Of a stretch of 64,000 nt of DNA, positions 27,596 through 41,386 are shown one piece after another. Under the pieces are notes generated by a model. It was not told the origin of the DNA, did not search any database, and worked only from the letters and a program-made list of their open reading frames with translations. Numbering within the stretch: position 1 is the stretch's first letter; each line of letters starts with the position of its first letter. Both the position numbers and the translations under genes were made by a program. The DNA comes from Octopus sinensis (lineage: Eukaryota): the NCBI RefSeq assembly GCF_006345805.1, contig NC_043017.1, positions 4,402,001 through 4,466,000 on the forward strand. Direction: 5' to 3'.

Positions 27596-29042
27596 TTGCA
27601 TATATTACATATATATGTGTGCATGTGTGTGTTTCTACACATTCTTTTGTCCCATTCATTCTCTCTTACTCACCTCACATGTAACTCCTCTCTCTCTCTC
27701 TTTAACCTCTCCTCCTCCTCCTCATCTCTCTGATGTAAAGTCTGCACTGAAAAAGTGTACGACTGGAGGTTGGTGGGCGGAGCTACCCTGCTTTACTATT
27801 ACTGCTGCTACTATTCTTGTTGTTGTCCCTTGAACATCCCAGGCATGTCAAAATCCACCCCACCCCCCATGCTAGCTATTTCACCTTCCCTCCACCCTCG
27901 TTATATCCTTTGTTTCATTGTTGCTGTTATTGTTGTTGTTTGTTTTGTGTTGCTTTGCCTATATATTGATCGCTTACACCCTGCAAACATTTTGCCTGTC
28001 CTCGTACACCCATTGCACCCTGCCACACTTGACCACACAAAAACACACACACACATCTTTGATATAAGTGCACAGTCTACTTGCACATGTATACATGCGA
28101 GACGCACACGCAAACTTTCTGAACCTTTCTACTTTCCATCCTCGGTCTCTCTCTCTCTCTTTACAACACTGGTTCATGTCAAGATTTGGTATGTCACAAA
28201 AAAAAACTCATAGATGAAATGACAGAATTTGCAGCCATAGCCAACCAAGATCATTGAGCTTGGTATACTTCTGGAATTCAAACAAAAATGTTCCAAATGT
28301 AGCTGTATTGAACTCATTACATACTTTCTTTTTCTATTTTTAGTCTTAAATATATATATATATATATATATATATACGAGAGAGAGAGAGAGGAATTTAG
28401 GATATAAGTAGATGTCCACCAAGACTCAGTTCTGAAATCCCTCTTATTTATTGCAGTCCTCTGTTCCATAACAGAGGAGTTGAAAGACCAGTTGCCCATG
28501 GAAACTGCCATGTACTGATAACCTGGTCCTCCAGAATAGACATCATTTATAGGAGATTTATTCTACCAATTTGTGCAGTTTGAATGACTTAAGTTAGTTT
28601 ATGGCTGCTCTTGCCTTAATTTTGGGACAACCCTTCTATATGTAAGGATATATGTGTGTATGTGTGCTGAGGTTTCAATATAGTCACAGGATGAATGTAA
28701 TCATGTATGTGGTTGGAACAAAGCGCTGTTTAGTGTGCCGTAATCAAACATTCTGTCAACCACACAAAGCCATGAGTTACTTTGAGTGGAGTTCACTCGG
28801 TAACAGGCATCTGGAGCATGATGTCTTCTCTCCTCTGCACCACCCGGTAGACATTGGTCTGCGGACTTTCAGGTTGGTCAACAGCCACATCAGTATCACC
28901 AACCAGTGACGGAGACAGGCCGCCTACAAGAAAGTCAAGAAAACTGCCATCCTCCGTTGACTGAATCTCTCTCCCTCTCTCACACTCTCTCTCTCTCACA
29001 CTCTCTCTCTCACACTCTCACTCTCTCTCTCTCTCTCACTCA

Positions 29043-29077
<35 letters not shown>

Positions 29078-29347
29078 GCAGACTTTCATAGACTCACGCC
29101 AGGAACAAAAGCAAAATGTGAATAAAGGAAAACATTTCATTTACATTATGTCTTGTTGGTTAGTTGCTGCTGTTGTTGTTTTTTTTTGGGTTACTGATTA
29201 TTGTTATTGCTGGTTATTGGTTGTTGTTGTTGTTGTTGTTGGTTGATGGTAGGTGTTGTTTTTGTTGTTGTCAGCATATTACAACCAAAGGTCTGCTTCT
29301 AACCCTTTTATCTTATACATATATATATATATATACATACATATATG

Positions 29348-29400
<53 letters not shown>

Positions 29401-29672
29401 ATATATAAATTCCCATGCACGCTTCAGTTGATCCACCTGTGTGTTGTGCATGCTGTTTGTTGTCTTGCTGAATGCTGATTGTCGGTTCAAATCCCTGTTG
29501 TTCTTAATTTTATTATTTTGTCCACACATGCCTCTGTCGGTTCCCATTTTCACTTGATTTGATTTTGGTTTTATTTGCTTTTTGTTTTTGTTTACTTATT
29601 GATTTATGTTTATTTTTTTATTTTTCACTTTAAAGATACATTAAGATATCAAGATTATATTTACTACAAGCT

Positions 29673-29711
<39 letters not shown>

Positions 29712-31609
29712 CTTCACCATTGATGATGCTCGGACCCAGTGCCCTTGTGCACGTGCATGCACATGCACTGACATGCACCTTTGTTTCATCATCACTACAT
29801 ATCTGTCAATCAACTCTCTCTCTCTATCCCTCTCCTCTTCCTGCTTCTCCAGCCTTAAGCTTCCCTATATCGACATCATTCATATGCAGCCTAGGGGCTT
29901 AACTTTCAACCCCTTTGATCCTTAATTCTTGATTGTTATCTTGTTGAGAGCTCTACCTGGGAATTAAATCTTAGACCTTAAAGAATTAACTCTATGTACC
30001 AATCTGCTTCTATCTCTACATCAATGGCTCACCTCCCGTAACTGCTGACAGCACGTAATCATAGGGAATTGATATTGGACTTCAACCCCTTAATTTCCCG
30101 TTCACAGGCCCTATGCATTTGCAACTAAAATGCTTCACTCTTGTTGTCCGGGGAATATAAGAACAGTGATATTGAAAACTTCCTTCACCGGGAACATATT
30201 GAAAGTGTTTCTTTCATCACCACAAGAATATTCTTCTTGTTATGGCCATAGTGTGGTGGTGAAAAGACTGGTGGGAGAGCAATGTGAATTCTTCTTTGCC
30301 CCATTCATGTAAGCCAATTTTGAGAAAGAGGAGGAGAGACAGAAGGAAGAGGAGTAACTCATTCTGAAGGGATGAAAGGTCAGAAATGGACTAGGCATGG
30401 TTGGAACTCAGATTTGTGTGCAGAGCGCCTGAATAAATACTACCAGGCATTTGAGCCAATGCTTTTTTAACAGCATAGCAATTTACTGCCATTGCACAAA
30501 GACAGTAAATATCAAGGAAGCAGTTATGTATCGTACCCGATCTACTGCAAGTAACACACAGCTGAACATCTTAAACTCAATAAATGCTAAGTCTTGCAAG
30601 CTCTTTTGCTCTCTCATAATCCCCCTGCACACACACACACACACACAACACAACACACACATGCTCAGTCGATTTCTTTATTAACCATGAGGTTGAGAAA
30701 AAGAGGGGACGATACGAGGACAGACAAAGCAAACGTTGGGGTCAGGGTATTGAATGAGACGAAACGTATGAATAAACAAACAATTAAAATATATATACAA
30801 TTAAATGAGAATGAGTGATTAACAAAAAATGAAGCGGAGGACGCGGTTGACCCCACAAACCACAGACTCACACTGAAGACTTTGCTTTCTCCTTTTTTAC
30901 ATTCTCGATTAAACAGGTTCTTTCACTCGCAACATACTTGCTATATACTTCCATCTTTCACGAAACACACTTTGCAATGGGCATTTCTTCTCCAGCCTTA
31001 AAAGCCATCTTTTTGATTAGTTATGGCACACTTCTACAACCAGCACACAAATACCCCGTTTTTTCATTCTACTTCTATCACTACTATAACTCTCATTGCT
31101 CTTTAGAAGAAGCTGGCAGCATATCTCTTCCTCTCCATCCTTTATTCAGCCTGTTCGTACATGCTATCTTCCCTTCACACATCACTCTCGCTGTGCTTTA
31201 TCTCCTACATCACTATTAAGACTCTTTGCATAGTCTTCTACAGATCTCTTGGCTTCTGCAAATCCTTCTCTGCCTAGTTTTTTTCTTGTTACAGGCACCA
31301 ATCTATGTTGAAGATGTCCAAACTGAATATACAAACCTCATAATTCACACCAACTTGGAAGGACCTGCAGGAATCATAGAAACTCCCCTTTTTTTTCTTA
31401 ACCAGCAGGCATAGAACTACTGATAGCAAATAATCAACAGTTCTGCTCAATCAGGGTTGTCGTAGCCTTATAAATATAAAGAATTTGTATATTGAGCTTT
31501 ATTTCTCTCACCACTATAAAAGTAGGGGGACATTGATGTTGTGGCAAGCAAGTACAGCTTTCAGTTCCCAGAAGTAGCTGTCTCCCTCTTGAAGAGTAAG
31601 ATAAGTGGT

Positions 31610-31640
<31 letters not shown>

Positions 31641-32715
31641 CACCTGGTGTTTAGTGTGTTTTATGAAAAGGTGAGTCTAAGCAGCAAAACTGACACAGCT
31701 AAATGGGCTCATTCTAATTAGGTGACTAGGAAAAGCTGGCAAGTAGCTAAGAGTGGGTCCTGTTGATACATTTAAGATGTCATCTTTTAGATGTGTGGGA
31801 TTTTCCCCTGAATTTTCCAAGGTGTCTCTTGTTCTCATTGGGAACTTTTTCTTGGTGGCGTTTTAATGTTATCTGTTGTTTTTGTCAATTGTCACCTTTT
31901 TCGTTACTTGAGATAACGTAAGTCTATAGTTTTTACTATTTGTCTTTATATTCTCCCCCAACATCTCTGGCTTTTGTGGCCAATATAAGGGGTCATCATC
32001 ATCATCATATTATTGTGGTGGACAAAATTCTTAGCAGTATTTCGTGTCTTGATGTTCTGAGTTCCAATTCTGTCAATGTAAACTTTACCTTCCATCTGTT
32101 TGGGTTTAATGAAATTAGTGCCAGCCAATTACGGGGGGGGGGGGGGGTCAATGTAACCTACTGGGTGTCTCCCACAAAATCTGAGGTCTTGTTCCTATAG
32201 TAGAAAGAATTATTATTAGTATTATTCCGATGCACCCCCCAAAAAAAGGGAAAAAAAAGGGGGTGGGGTATTGTGAGCTGGCAAAATCGTTGGCACCCTG
32301 GGTGGAATTACTTGGCAGTATTTCATCCATTGTCATTTTCTGAGTTCAAACTCCACTGAGGTCCAATTTTGCCTTTCAACCTTTCGGGGTCAATTAAATA
32401 AGTACCAGTTGTGCACTGGGGTCGATGTAATCAGCTTAATCCCTTCCCCCAAATTTCAGGCCTTGTATCTACAGCAAAACTGACATAGCTAAATGGGCTC
32501 ATTCTAATTATGTGACTAGGAAAAGCTGGCAAGTAGCTAAGAGAGGGGCCTGTTGATACATTTAAGATGTCATCTTTTAGATGTGTGGGGGTTTTCCCTT
32601 GAATTTTCCAAGGTGTCTCTTGTTCTCATTGGGAACTTTTTCTTGGTGGCGTTTTAATGATATCTGTTGTTTTTGCCGATTGTCACCTTTTTCATTACTT
32701 GTATAAAAGGGATTA

Positions 32716-32756
<41 letters not shown>

Positions 32757-33084
32757 CATTATTAGTTTTTTGTTTTTTTTTGCAAAATCCTTTGTATATT
32801 GTCTTGGTTGTCTTTTAATGTTTTGATTTATATTGGCCCTTGTGGGCAATAAAAGAATGAATTATTATTATTAGTATTATTATTATTGTTGTTGTTGTCC
32901 TGCATCTTGCATGCAAATCTGTTTTTTTTTTTCTTTTTTTCTATTCCACTTCTTTTTGCTGCCAATTTTATTTCTCACATACTTGTTCGTCTCTGTAACA
33001 GTCCCTGTTTGGGTTGTCTAACCTTCTGGAATGTACTATTGCTACTACTACCTTTTCCTTATCTCACAATTTTCGTTTTCTTTC

Positions 33085-33115
<31 letters not shown>

Positions 33116-36100
33116 GCATTCAAACCTTACCTTTGTTTTCCTTTGTTTCAATATTCATGTTTGTTTGTTTGTTTTTGTTTCTATGATTTCAACCATTTAG
33201 CTTAGTTCTTTGTTTTAAATACCACAGTTTCTTGTAAGTTTAGCATCATCATCACCATCACCACTGTCACCACCACAACCCTCTTCCTCTTCACCATCAT
33301 CATCATCATCACAGTGAAGTGACAGAATCATTAGAACATCAAACAAAATGCCTTGTAGTGTTCCTCTTGGTCCCTTAATTTCCGAGTCCATAAATCCTGT
33401 TGAAGCCTACTTTAGTATTAATGATCTTGTGTCTGAATCAGAAATTATTAATTAATCACAATGGCACATGTGCAGTGGCACAAATTTGTTGGAATGGCAC
33501 AAAACATTGAACATAGGCGTAGGCATGGCTGTGTGGTAAGAAACTTGCTTCTGAACCACATGGCCTGGGGTTCAGTCCCACTGTGTCACCTTGGGAAAGT
33601 GCCTTCTGCTATAGCCTCAGGCTGATCCAAGCCTTGTGAATGGATTTGATTGTCAGAAACTGAAAGAAGCCCATCATATACACAGATATAACGAATGGAC
33701 AGGACTCCAGTCTATGACTCGTGCTTCTTTTATTGATTCATGACTCTCAAGTTAGAGACAAGGTCACTACTGGTTACCATTTTAACTTAAAACTTATAGC
33801 AGTCAGATTAATATGGCATGAGCACTGTGTGGCCTCTGTATGGTCATTGGCCTGCTAGAAACAGCAGTGAAATCCCTATTGAATCATGTCCTGCTATTTT
33901 GAAATGAGACAGGTACATTAAGTGATGATGGTCATAGGTATGCAATGCCCAACGGATATGAGATGCTCACCAATGGAACAACTTTGGTCATATGTGTCTG
34001 ACCCACTGAGTCTTGACCCGCTGCTCAACAACAAAATATTACACCTGGAACTTCCCTGTTACTATCAGTTTACTCCCACTCTGATGATGATGATGATGAT
34101 GATGAAGAATTATCATTTGGTTGTTTTTGTTGTTTTATTTATTGGATAGTATATTATTTCATACTTTGTTTTACCCTCATTCCACCCCTTTGTGCACTTT
34201 TTTCTTAACCCTTTAGCATTTAAATCGACAGTACCCAGCCCAAATATTCCACCTGTTTTTATATTCAAACCAGCTCGATCCAGTCTCTTGCACCTGCCTT
34301 GCCATGTTATTCTGAAAGTAAGCAACAACATCATTGGAACCCCAAAGCCACATGATGCTACATGATTAGTTCAAAACAATGTGGATTAATAAGCTTTACA
34401 TTTGACAGAGTAATCTGAATGCCAAAGGGTTAATCAACACTCTCTCATCTTTCCCTCTCACTTACTACACCTCTCTCTCTCTCACTCTCTCTCTCTTTAT
34501 TTGGTTCCATCTTATATGTATACGTGTGTGTGTGTATGTGTGTGTCAAAGATAGAATTGCCTGTTGTCCATTTCAACTTTCCTATCATATACTTCACTTG
34601 TCTGCCTTTTTTTTTTCCGGTTCTTGTACCCCACATGTTACCTGTCACAGTGTTAATATGGTGCTTTAGCTCTCCGTCTTCCTCTCATGAAGTCTGCCAC
34701 ACTCTTAGATTCCTTTACACACATTCTAAGCACATAACAATTTGCCATTAACTTCCCTTGGTCACATTCTTAAATCACAACAAAAGCAACCTTTGTCATC
34801 ACAACATCCTCTTTATATATATTCCATGTCAAACTTTACTTTTCCCTCTTCCTGCCATCAGTACACAGATCCTCTGACTATTTGCCATTCACTAATGGGT
34901 TCCCTTCTAACCCTTAGTAAATCACATTAGCTTGCTTATTAAAATATTCCATGACTTTTCCTTCTCGTTTATAATCAAGTCCTCTACCATCCTCAATGTT
35001 TGCTTCTAGCTTCTGATAAACCATTGACCCATATCCTCCGTCTCCTTATTACTCTCATAGAGGAGCTTCTCTGTGGTCGTCTGACCTGCTAGAAATAGTA
35101 GCCCAATCTCCCTCAAATCACATCCTCCCATCTTAAAAAATGAAAGGGTACACTGGATAATGTAGTCCTAGATGTGCCTGTATCTGAAGACAAACTAAAA
35201 AAGAGATGGAATAATCTTTAGTTGCAGATCTGCTGTTTCAGGTTCCACCCAGGGCTACCCAGCAATAACAACATCAACAGCTAAAACTTGCTACAACTCA
35301 TCTGTCTTCATCAGCTTTTTTTTTTCTCTTCTCCCAATTCCTATAGAAACTTCACTATCTAACATGCGCTTGAGGGTATACTTATTACCTACTGTCCGCA
35401 TGTAGATGTCAGGCACCTGACATCTACATGTAGGCCTTCTCATTTTGTTTCCTGACATCTACATGTAGGCATTCTCATTGCCTGACAGCCTCATGTAAGT
35501 ATTTTCATTGTCTGACATTCACAGCCATATTCTATCTCCAGTCAATAGCTAACATGTCTATGAAGAAACTGTTGGTATTAACGAGCGACTAATGCTTTTC
35601 TGCACAGAGATCCATCTTTTAGCCACCTTTTAATTCACTGGAGTGTTGAGGAAAGTCCCCTTCTGTCATTCATCATGGGTGTTTTTGTGTGTGTTTTCAG
35701 GGAGAAGCATATAGTTATAAAGAAGCTATTGCTCTTGGCGAATACCGAATCGATGAACAAGTCCCTAGTCGGGATCAACAGAGGAAGCCTGATAAGGTAT
35801 GTAATATCATTATGTGTTTGTCTTCTGTATGTCAACTTTAACCCTTTCGTTACCGTATTTATTTTGGGATGTTCTGTATTTCTTTGAATTACTTTAAATA
35901 TAACAAAGAAGTTAGTAAAATAACTTAGTTATCATTCAGCTAGTGTTAGGAGCATAAATTGTGACTAAAATCTGGTGGAAGATTTTAATTCGAAATTTAT
36001 GAAAACAAGACATTTGTACTCCAGAGCCAGTTTAGACTTGAAGCCCTAAACAATATAAGGTTTGTTAAAAAATTATACCAGAAAGTGTTGGTAACGAAAG

Positions 36101-39100
36101 TGTTAAGCTTTATATTCAAAGTTTACATATATGTGAAATAATGAGCTGTATAGTATATTGTTTAATTAATTTTGATTGCTTCTTGCCATATGATCATCAT
36201 TTCTTTCTAAACAGAGTATTTATAAGGTACTTATGTGTCCAAATGAAGAAATATATATAGCACAAGTATAGAGGGTCTGAAGAGAGTTAAAGGACACTTA
36301 ACATCATAACAGCCAATTTCCTGATCGTGTGTTGTCATAATCGAGATTCTAATTCAAAGTTAGAATCTAGAATCTACATTGTCTTGTATATTTAAATTTG
36401 CATATACGAGATTACATCATGTACTGAGATATCCTATGGCTGGATGTATTTGCACTGAAAACAAGCAATGAGAGCTACCACTTGTCTGACAGGACACTTA
36501 TTTGTAACTATTGTGTGAAGCCGAAAACAAAGAAGCAAGAACACTTCTGCGCACATGACAGACTTCTTTTAGTTTTTGTCTACCAAATCCATTGAAAAGG
36601 CCTTTGGTCAGCCTGAGGCTGTTGTAGAAGGCACTTGCTTAAAATTCCACTTGATGTGTGGAATTGTATAATTGTACGATTATTATTGGTTGATGCTTCA
36701 ATCATCTGTTACACCTTCTGGTGTAACAGATTGTTTATGAAATGTCTGTACATCATAAATCAGTGAGTATATTGTGAATCTGAAGAGAATCTAATGAGAT
36801 TTTAAAAATCATAACAAGCCACATCCTAATTAGGTTTTCTCTTTCATTTAGGTATTATTCCGATCAGTCATCATTTAACAACTTGAATATATTTATACAC
36901 TCATGATATTTCATGTCTTTTACTGTATAGGGTACGATATAATTGATATCAGTTGATATTTATCAAACCATCACCACACTCTGCATATAACAAAGTCTTT
37001 AGCATATCTCTACATTTAATATTGATGAAGTGTCTATGTGCTAGATCATGCAGCAGATATTGTGGGTTTGAAGAATGTGCATGGAGATATGAAATCATAA
37101 CAGTCCACTCCCTTAATATGTTCTCATTAATCTTTGGCTTTATCCCAGAATAATCTTCTCAACAATATTATATATCCAGTACTGGTTTAGGACATGAATC
37201 TCAAAAGAATTAAATGTTGTTTTTTTTCGTTTTCAATTTTTGTAACACTTTCTGGTATAATTGTTTAGGGCTTCATCAAGTCTAAATCCAGTACTGGGTG
37301 GTAATGAACATATATATATATATATATATTTCATGCTGTATGCAGTGATGAATGATTTGTTTTCAGTTGAAACTGTGCTAGCTATGGAATAAAGAATATC
37401 TGAAATCATAGGGAGTTAAGTTTTGGTATAGAATGGTGCTCTTATAAGAAGAATTTCTAGGAAGGAGATTGCTAGATATAACCAGGGTTGATTGTAGGTG
37501 TAATGAAAGAGAAGAAATAAAATAGTCAGATGAGACTTTAGGGAGTGTAAAATTGGGGCTTCGTATTGAATAATAAAAGGGTCAAACCTCCAAAAATATG
37601 GTTGACTTGTGTTTGAAGAAATAATCTTTAGATATCACTGACAAACAAACACCACGTCAATGCTATTGATTCTGTTAATTTAATTATTTACTCATTAATC
37701 TGTTTTATTAATGGGACTATCAGTGCATTAAATTACGTACTTTCAATTTTAGCATACCCTTCAGGTAATGAGGTTTGACTTATGTGTAAGAAGGTGTGGC
37801 CTTTGTGTGTGTGTGTGTGTTTAATAATTATTTAGATAAAATGTAAATAAATGGATCCTATACAAGTTTCAACAGTGAGTGTTTTAGTTGTTCAACCAAC
37901 AAAATTATCCTATTTATTATATCAATGTAAGTATCTGTTTCAGAGTCACTTGTACTCTTATTGTTTTGGACACAGATCTAGTATGACACTAGATGTGAAA
38001 AGCCTGGATCTGTGAGTTACTGGTGCAGTCTATGAGGGCATTTGGCTCACAATTGTAAGGTCATGAGATCAGTTCCCGGCGATGCATTGTGTCCATGAGC
38101 AAGACACTTTATTTCACGTTGCTCCAGTCCACTCAGCTGGCAAAAATGAGTAGTACCTGTATTTCAAAGGGCCAGCCTTGTCATACTCTGTGTCATGCTG
38201 AATCTCCCTGAGAACTGCGTTAAGGGTACAAAGGTCTGTGGAGTACTCAGCCACTTGCATGTTAATTTCATGAGGAAGCTGTTCCGTTGATTGTATCAGG
38301 TGTCTGACCTGAGAATAACTTCTCTTATAGCCTGTTGTATGTATGCATATATATAAAGTATAACCTCCCCACCCCTGGTCATGAATGACCATGGGATTGC
38401 ACCTAGAAGGTTCCCCTCTGAAGCACAAGTCTGGGCAAGGTTGTTTGTAGAAGGCCAGCAGTCACCCATGCATACCAGCCTCCCCTCTCCAGGCCACCAA
38501 TACTATCCAGTGACATCACAACTCATTTCTACAGCTAAGTGAACTGAAGCAACATGAAATAAAGTGTCTTGCTCAAGAGCACAACACACAACCCGGTCTG
38601 GGAACTGAACTCACTACCTCATGATTGTGAGCCTGACACTCTAACCACTGAGCCATATATCTGTCTGTGTCTGTGTATGGTGTCCCCTGACTGCTTGACA
38701 ACTGGTGTTGCTTTGTTTACATCCCTGTAACATACCACTTTGGTGAAAGAATATGATAGAATAAGTACCAGATATAAAAATGTGTATTGTGGTTGATTTG
38801 TTCGACTCAGGGCAGCACCCTAGTATGGCTGCAGTGCTATGGTTGAAACGAGTGAAAGATAAGTAAAAGGATGGCTATGTGTCTATGAATGAGTGTATTT
38901 TTCGTTGATGTATGAGGGGGTGGGGCTGGAAAGTTCCTGGCTTTGGGTAAAAGAAAATACAGGAGGATCAATTAATTGTGAATTTATTCAACATATTTTC
39001 ATAAATATCAATGGAAATGGTAGTTGTGATACCCGTGCTGGTGGCATGTAAAAAGCACCATCCGAACATGGCCGATGCCAGCGCCACCTTGACTGGCTTC

Positions 39101-41328
39101 TGTACCGGTGGCACATAAAAAGCACCAACCGGTCATGACCGCTGCCAGTCCCCGCTGGCACGTAAAAAGCACCCACTACACTCACAGAGTGGTTGGCGTT
39201 AGGATGGGCATCCAGCTGTAAAAACACTGCCAGATCAGACCGGAGCCTGGTGCAGCCTCCTGGCTTCCCAGACCCCGGTCGAACCGTCCAACCCATGCTA
39301 GCATGGAGAACGGATGTTAAACGATGATGATGATGATGATTTTCCTCTCATTCACTCACTTATTGCAGCAGACCTTCAGTTTTTCTAAGCCCTTTAAAAG
39401 AACTCGGAAGGTTGGGCCTCCAACCAGGTCTGTCACGATAACCTTAAAACCAGGAACTTTTCAGCACCTCCTTGTATACTAGTGAAAGTTTTAATCATTG
39501 ACAAGTAAACCAAAAAAAAAGAAAAAAATCCCACAAAAAGTTATGAGCACCACCCCTCCACCTAACTGAATCATTAAAGAAACAAAAAGAGAAAGAGAGA
39601 AAGAACAACCTACTTCGCTTTAGGTATTCAAGGGAGCCAGGTGGAGGTATTAAATCATGAGGCGGATTAATAATACATCCAGGAGCAGATTACATCTACC
39701 ACCCAACCACTTATATTTGTATGGCTTCTTATCTACCTTAATTGACTTGAAAGCCTTGGCTCACTTCAAGACTTGCAGTAGAAGACATACAAGACGCCGC
39801 TCAGCAGCATCAAACCTTCTGCTTCTTGATTTGAGGAAGATTTGTCTGTTATTTTTAGCAGGCTGAGTGACTACATAGACACACACATACACTCTCTCTC
39901 TCAGATTTGGAGTGGTGCTATCTAAAGTTGCTATAATCCAATTGATAGGGATCTGATAGTTTTCCAGAACACCTGTAATTCCTCAATTCTGGTGGCTGCA
40001 GAGGGAGATGGTCATTGATGTGTTCAAAAAGGGTCATTTAAAGCAGAGTGGAGGTAGTTTATTGAAGGGAATAATGAGAAAATGGAAGAAGTACCCTCCC
40101 CCCCTATCTCTATTTCTATGTGTGTGTATGTACACAGATACACACACACACACACATGCACATTTATCTGCTACACCTGCTGAGAACATCAGTTCTAACT
40201 AATGAGAAGTTGTTTACAATCTTGTTACAGTTTTATTTTTGGCATAAATGTGCATATACGTAAATCGATGTGTAATTTGTTCTGTTTTTGTGTGTGTAAT
40301 TTTCACTGATTACATGTGTCTGAGTGTGATTCTCTCTCTCTCTCTCTCTTAATACATGTGCACACACACACACACTCACACACTGCAGGTAATCTTTACA
40401 AAACCACTAGTTGGATTTATTTGAGATATTTTGTGTGTGTGTGCACGCGCATATATATATATATGTGCATGCACACACACACATACTCACCCACATGCTT
40501 ATTCATGTATAGATTTAAAAATACATATATACATGCATACATGCATACAACACATGCACAAGCATATACTGAGAGAGAGAGAGTGAGGAGCAGAGTTTGT
40601 CGAGTACAAAGTTTATTTGTTGATATTAGACTTCATGGAAACATATATAATCTTTTATATCTTAATTTCTGTCTGCCAAAGTCACTGTTTATCAAAGTCT
40701 ATTCCTGTCCAAAAAAAAAAAAAAAACTAAACACTGCACAAAATGCTGTACCATTTCTCTTTCTCTTTTGCAGTGGAACTTTTCCTTCACGATGGTGCAG
40801 AAGAATCAAGAGCTAGCTTATACTTTCTTTGCTAAAACCGATGACATGCGTAGTAAATGGATTGAAGCAATTTTACTGTCACTGTGAGTTCAAACGGCCA
40901 CTGCTGCTTTTGTTTGGTTTGTTTGTTTGTTTGTTGAGTGAAGTGGTCTTTGTCCCAGAGCTCGCAAGATCGCGCCTCTGTAGTGGGAGAAGTCCGAAAC
41001 GTGGTCCTTTGCTATTCGTAAGACCCGCAGAAGAGAAAGCAGGTCAACCCCCAACACCAAGAGCATCGACGGATGGATGAATGCGCATCCAGGCTCAGCG
41101 GTTGCGTAGGAAGTCAGGGACAAGAAACAGGAAGGAAGAGTGAGAGAAAGTTGGCGCGAAAGAGTACAACAGGGGTCGCCACCCCCCCACCCCCCACCCC
41201 CCTGCCGGAGCCTTGTGCAGCTTTAAGTGTTTTCGCTCACTAAACACACACAACAACCGGTCTGGGAATCGAAACCGTGATCCTACGACCGCGAGTCTGC
41301 TGCCCTAACCACTGGGCCATTGCGCCTC

Positions 41329-41386
<58 letters not shown>

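Noticed and set aside
29636-29925. Acceptor after a 200-nt AG-free tract reading DTLRYQDYIYYKL in phase 1
   Set aside because: No donor, runs into (CT)n; phase 0 hits TAA at once
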